Assembly: GCA_018657385.1 (NCBI GenBank) | Contig: JABHXF010000029.1 | Coordinates: forward strand, 4,214-68,213 | Length of the DNA stretch: 64,000 nt | Direction: 5' to 3' | Origin: Candidatus Woesearchaeota archaeon | GTDB lineage: Archaea; Nanobdellota; Nanobdellia; Woesearchaeales; DSVV01 | Shown: piece by piece, positions 62,642 to 64,000 of the stretch | How positions within the stretch are numbered: the first letter of the stretch is position 1 | Layout of the letters: every line of letters starts with the position of its first letter | Position numbers and translations under genes: made by a program | The notes under the pieces: model-generated | The model's database searches: none | The model's input: only the letters and a program-made list of their open reading frames with translations | What the model was told of the DNA's origin: nothing

Positions 62642-62712
62642 GAGGGCTTGATTAAACAATCCCTCAAATTTACCAATTAATAAACAAATTTAAATTTTGA
62701 GCAAATTTGAGG
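62642..62712 (+). other. Two mutually exclusive hairpins between the DUF212 gene and carS
   Basis: GAGGG (62642-46) pairs with CCCTC (62661-65). Alternatively CCTCAAATTT (62662-71) pairs with AAATTTGAGG (62703-12). The two pairings share the CCTC segment. Confidence 0.4.
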
Positions 62713-62807
62713 TATTTACTTTATATGATTTTTTATTTTATGTGAATTATATGGGCTTGTCCATTGGTTAATGTATATTTGTAAATGTATATTGAATAGG
62801 TGTATAA

Positions 62808-63356
62808 ATGGTTATGAAATTAATATTACAAACATTATGGTTGTTTTTGCCAGCTTTATTAGCAAATATGACCCCTCCATTAGTTAAACATCTTAATGTT
62901 CTAAATTCTCCAGTTGACTTTGGATTAATGTTTAGGGGTAAAAGATTACTTGGTCAAAATAAAACAATCCGTGGGTTGGTATTTGGTGTCTTTATAGGTA
63001 TTATAGTGGCTTCCTTACAAACATTTCTTTTTAGGTTTAATTCTTTTCAATGGTTAAGTATTATTAATTATTCAGAAATTAATTTTATTTTATTAGGTGG
63101 ATTATTGGGATTTGGTGCATTAATTGGAGATTTAGTAGAAAGTTTTGTTAAAAGACAATTTGACATTAAACCAGGAAAACCTTTTATTCCATTTGATCAG
63201 ATTGATTTTTTAATTGGGGCAATTGTATTTCTTTTGTTTATTTTTAATCCTGGATTTAAGGTAATGGTAACATTATTGGTTGTAGGTATAGGATTACATT
63301 TCCTTACTAATTATATCGGCTACTTAATAGGTCACCATAAAACAATATTTGGTTGA
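62808..63356 (+). CDS. carS: CDP-archaeol synthase
   Basis: The DUF46/CarS pattern reads LWLFLPALLANMTPPLVK...PVDFG...GQNKTIRGLVFGV...GDLVESFVKRQFDIKPG, with 5 TM helices. Confidence 0.85.
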   Translation: MVMKLILQTLWLFLPALLANMTPPLVKHLNVLNSPVDFGLMFRGKRLLGQNKTIRGLVFGVFIGIIVASLQTFLFRFNSFQWLSIINYSEINFILLGGLLGFGALIGDLVESFVKRQFDIKPGKPFIPFDQIDFLIGAIVFLLFIFNPGFKVMVTLLVVGIGLHFLTNYIGYLIGHHKTIFG

Positions 63357-63367
63357 TAATTTAGTAA

Positions 63368-64000
63368 TTACTTCTTTTTTCCTTTTTTCTTCTTTGTTGA
63401 TTTTTTTTTAACAACCTTCTTTACTGCTTCTTTAGTTTTAACTGTTTTTTTATTAAAAACTTTTTTTATTTTATTTATTCTATCTGTTGTTTTTGCAGTT
63501 TCTACTTTTCTTGATCCTATCTCATCTATTTCTACTCTTAAATTCCCTATTTTTGTAGCCATTGTTTCTAATGCCTTATCAACACTTTTTTTAGAAGTTT
63601 TATCTGTTAAATCTCTTTTTAAGCTATCTAATTGTTTTGTTAATCTTCCAATATCTTTTTCTTTTATTGAAGATTTTGATAAATTATCATTTGTTGTTTC
63701 TATTTGTTTTTTTAAATTCATAACTTCTTTGGTCTCTACAAACTTACTAAGATCAACTTTTACTTTGTTTTTATCAATTTCTTTAGCTAATTCTTTTATT
63801 TTATCTTCAATCCAATCAATATCTTCTTTTATTTTTTGATATTTGGCTGAATTAGATTCAAGAATTTTCTCAACTTCTTTTTTTAAGATTATATTATTCT
63901 TAATTTTGTCAATATCACTTTGTATTCTTGAGAAATCCTCAGTTGTTATATCTTTTTTAGCTTTGATCTTGTTTAAATCTTTATTTACAGATTCAAGTTC
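63368..64000 (-). CDS. Lysine-rich coiled-coil protein, 5'-truncated by the window edge
   Basis: The listed ORF starts at Met 63721, but I checked the frame codon by codon and it stays open to base 64000. The sequence is K/E/I-rich heptads with a C-terminal poly-K tail. Confidence 0.55.
   Translation of the reverse strand, partial: ELESVNKDLNKIKAKKDITTEDFSRIQSDIDKIKNNIILKKEVEKILESNSAKYQKIKEDIDWIEDKIKELAKEIDKNKVKVDLSKFVETKEVMNLKKQIETTNDNLSKSSIKEKDIGRLTKQLDSLKRDLTDKTSKKSVDKALETMATKIGNLRVEIDEIGSRKVETAKTTDRINKIKKVFNKKTVKTKEAVKKVVKKKSTKKKKGKKK

Overview
This is a visibly AT-rich, gene-dense archaeal chromosome segment with about 64 protein genes on both strands and short intergenic gaps. Archaeal markers include fibrillarin and Nop5, ribosomal protein uS2, RadB, HerA and Mre11, a Dim2-like KH protein, a TRAM protein, SecF/SecD and archaeal-type UMP kinase. 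There is also a lipid head-group operon (archaetidylserine decarboxylase, archaetidylserine synthase, DUF212, CDP-archaeol synthase) and a minus-strand SRP (7S) RNA at about 9845-10125 that no ORF explains. The patchy metabolism and the bacterial-looking envelope genes (Lgt, DsbA-like, parvulin-thioredoxin fusion, two-component system) suggest a small-genome DPANN-like archaeon; this is inference. I recognised no rRNA, tRNA, CRISPR array, transposase or integrase.

Main blocks:
- Surface glycoprotein (1-2774).
- A TrmB-linked operon with two stand-alone PEP-utiliser phosphohistidine swivel proteins and two unknown proteins (2775-8248).
- Housekeeping genes (8433-24398).
- An envelope glycan cluster (25920-35566).
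- A giant BNR lipoprotein (36712-40221).
- HerA, an unknown gene and Mre11 (43874-47371).
- Tandem AdoMet decarboxylase paralogues.
- Two class II RNR paralogues flanking a cobalamin adenosyltransferase (50334-55694).
- Acyl-CoA ligase, LbH acyltransferase, acyl-CoA ligase (55727-59448).
- The lipid head-group operon (59610-63356).

Most interesting findings:
1. Three conserved GC-rich elements predicted to fold as three-way junctions (4911-5000, 12654-12738, 24477-24573). They show a covarying base pair and compensatory hairpins, and match no RNA class I know. Two further elements (10192-10297, 28190-28282) have related outer-stem architecture.
2. The swivel-domain operon of unknown function.
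3. A bacterial-type Lgt together with a lipobox-bearing BNR protein.
4. Palindromic operator arrays and 10-bp phased repeats in divergent promoters.
5. A HerA gene whose conserved N-terminus has no canonical start codon.

All calls come from reading the sequence and the ORF translations. No database search was run.
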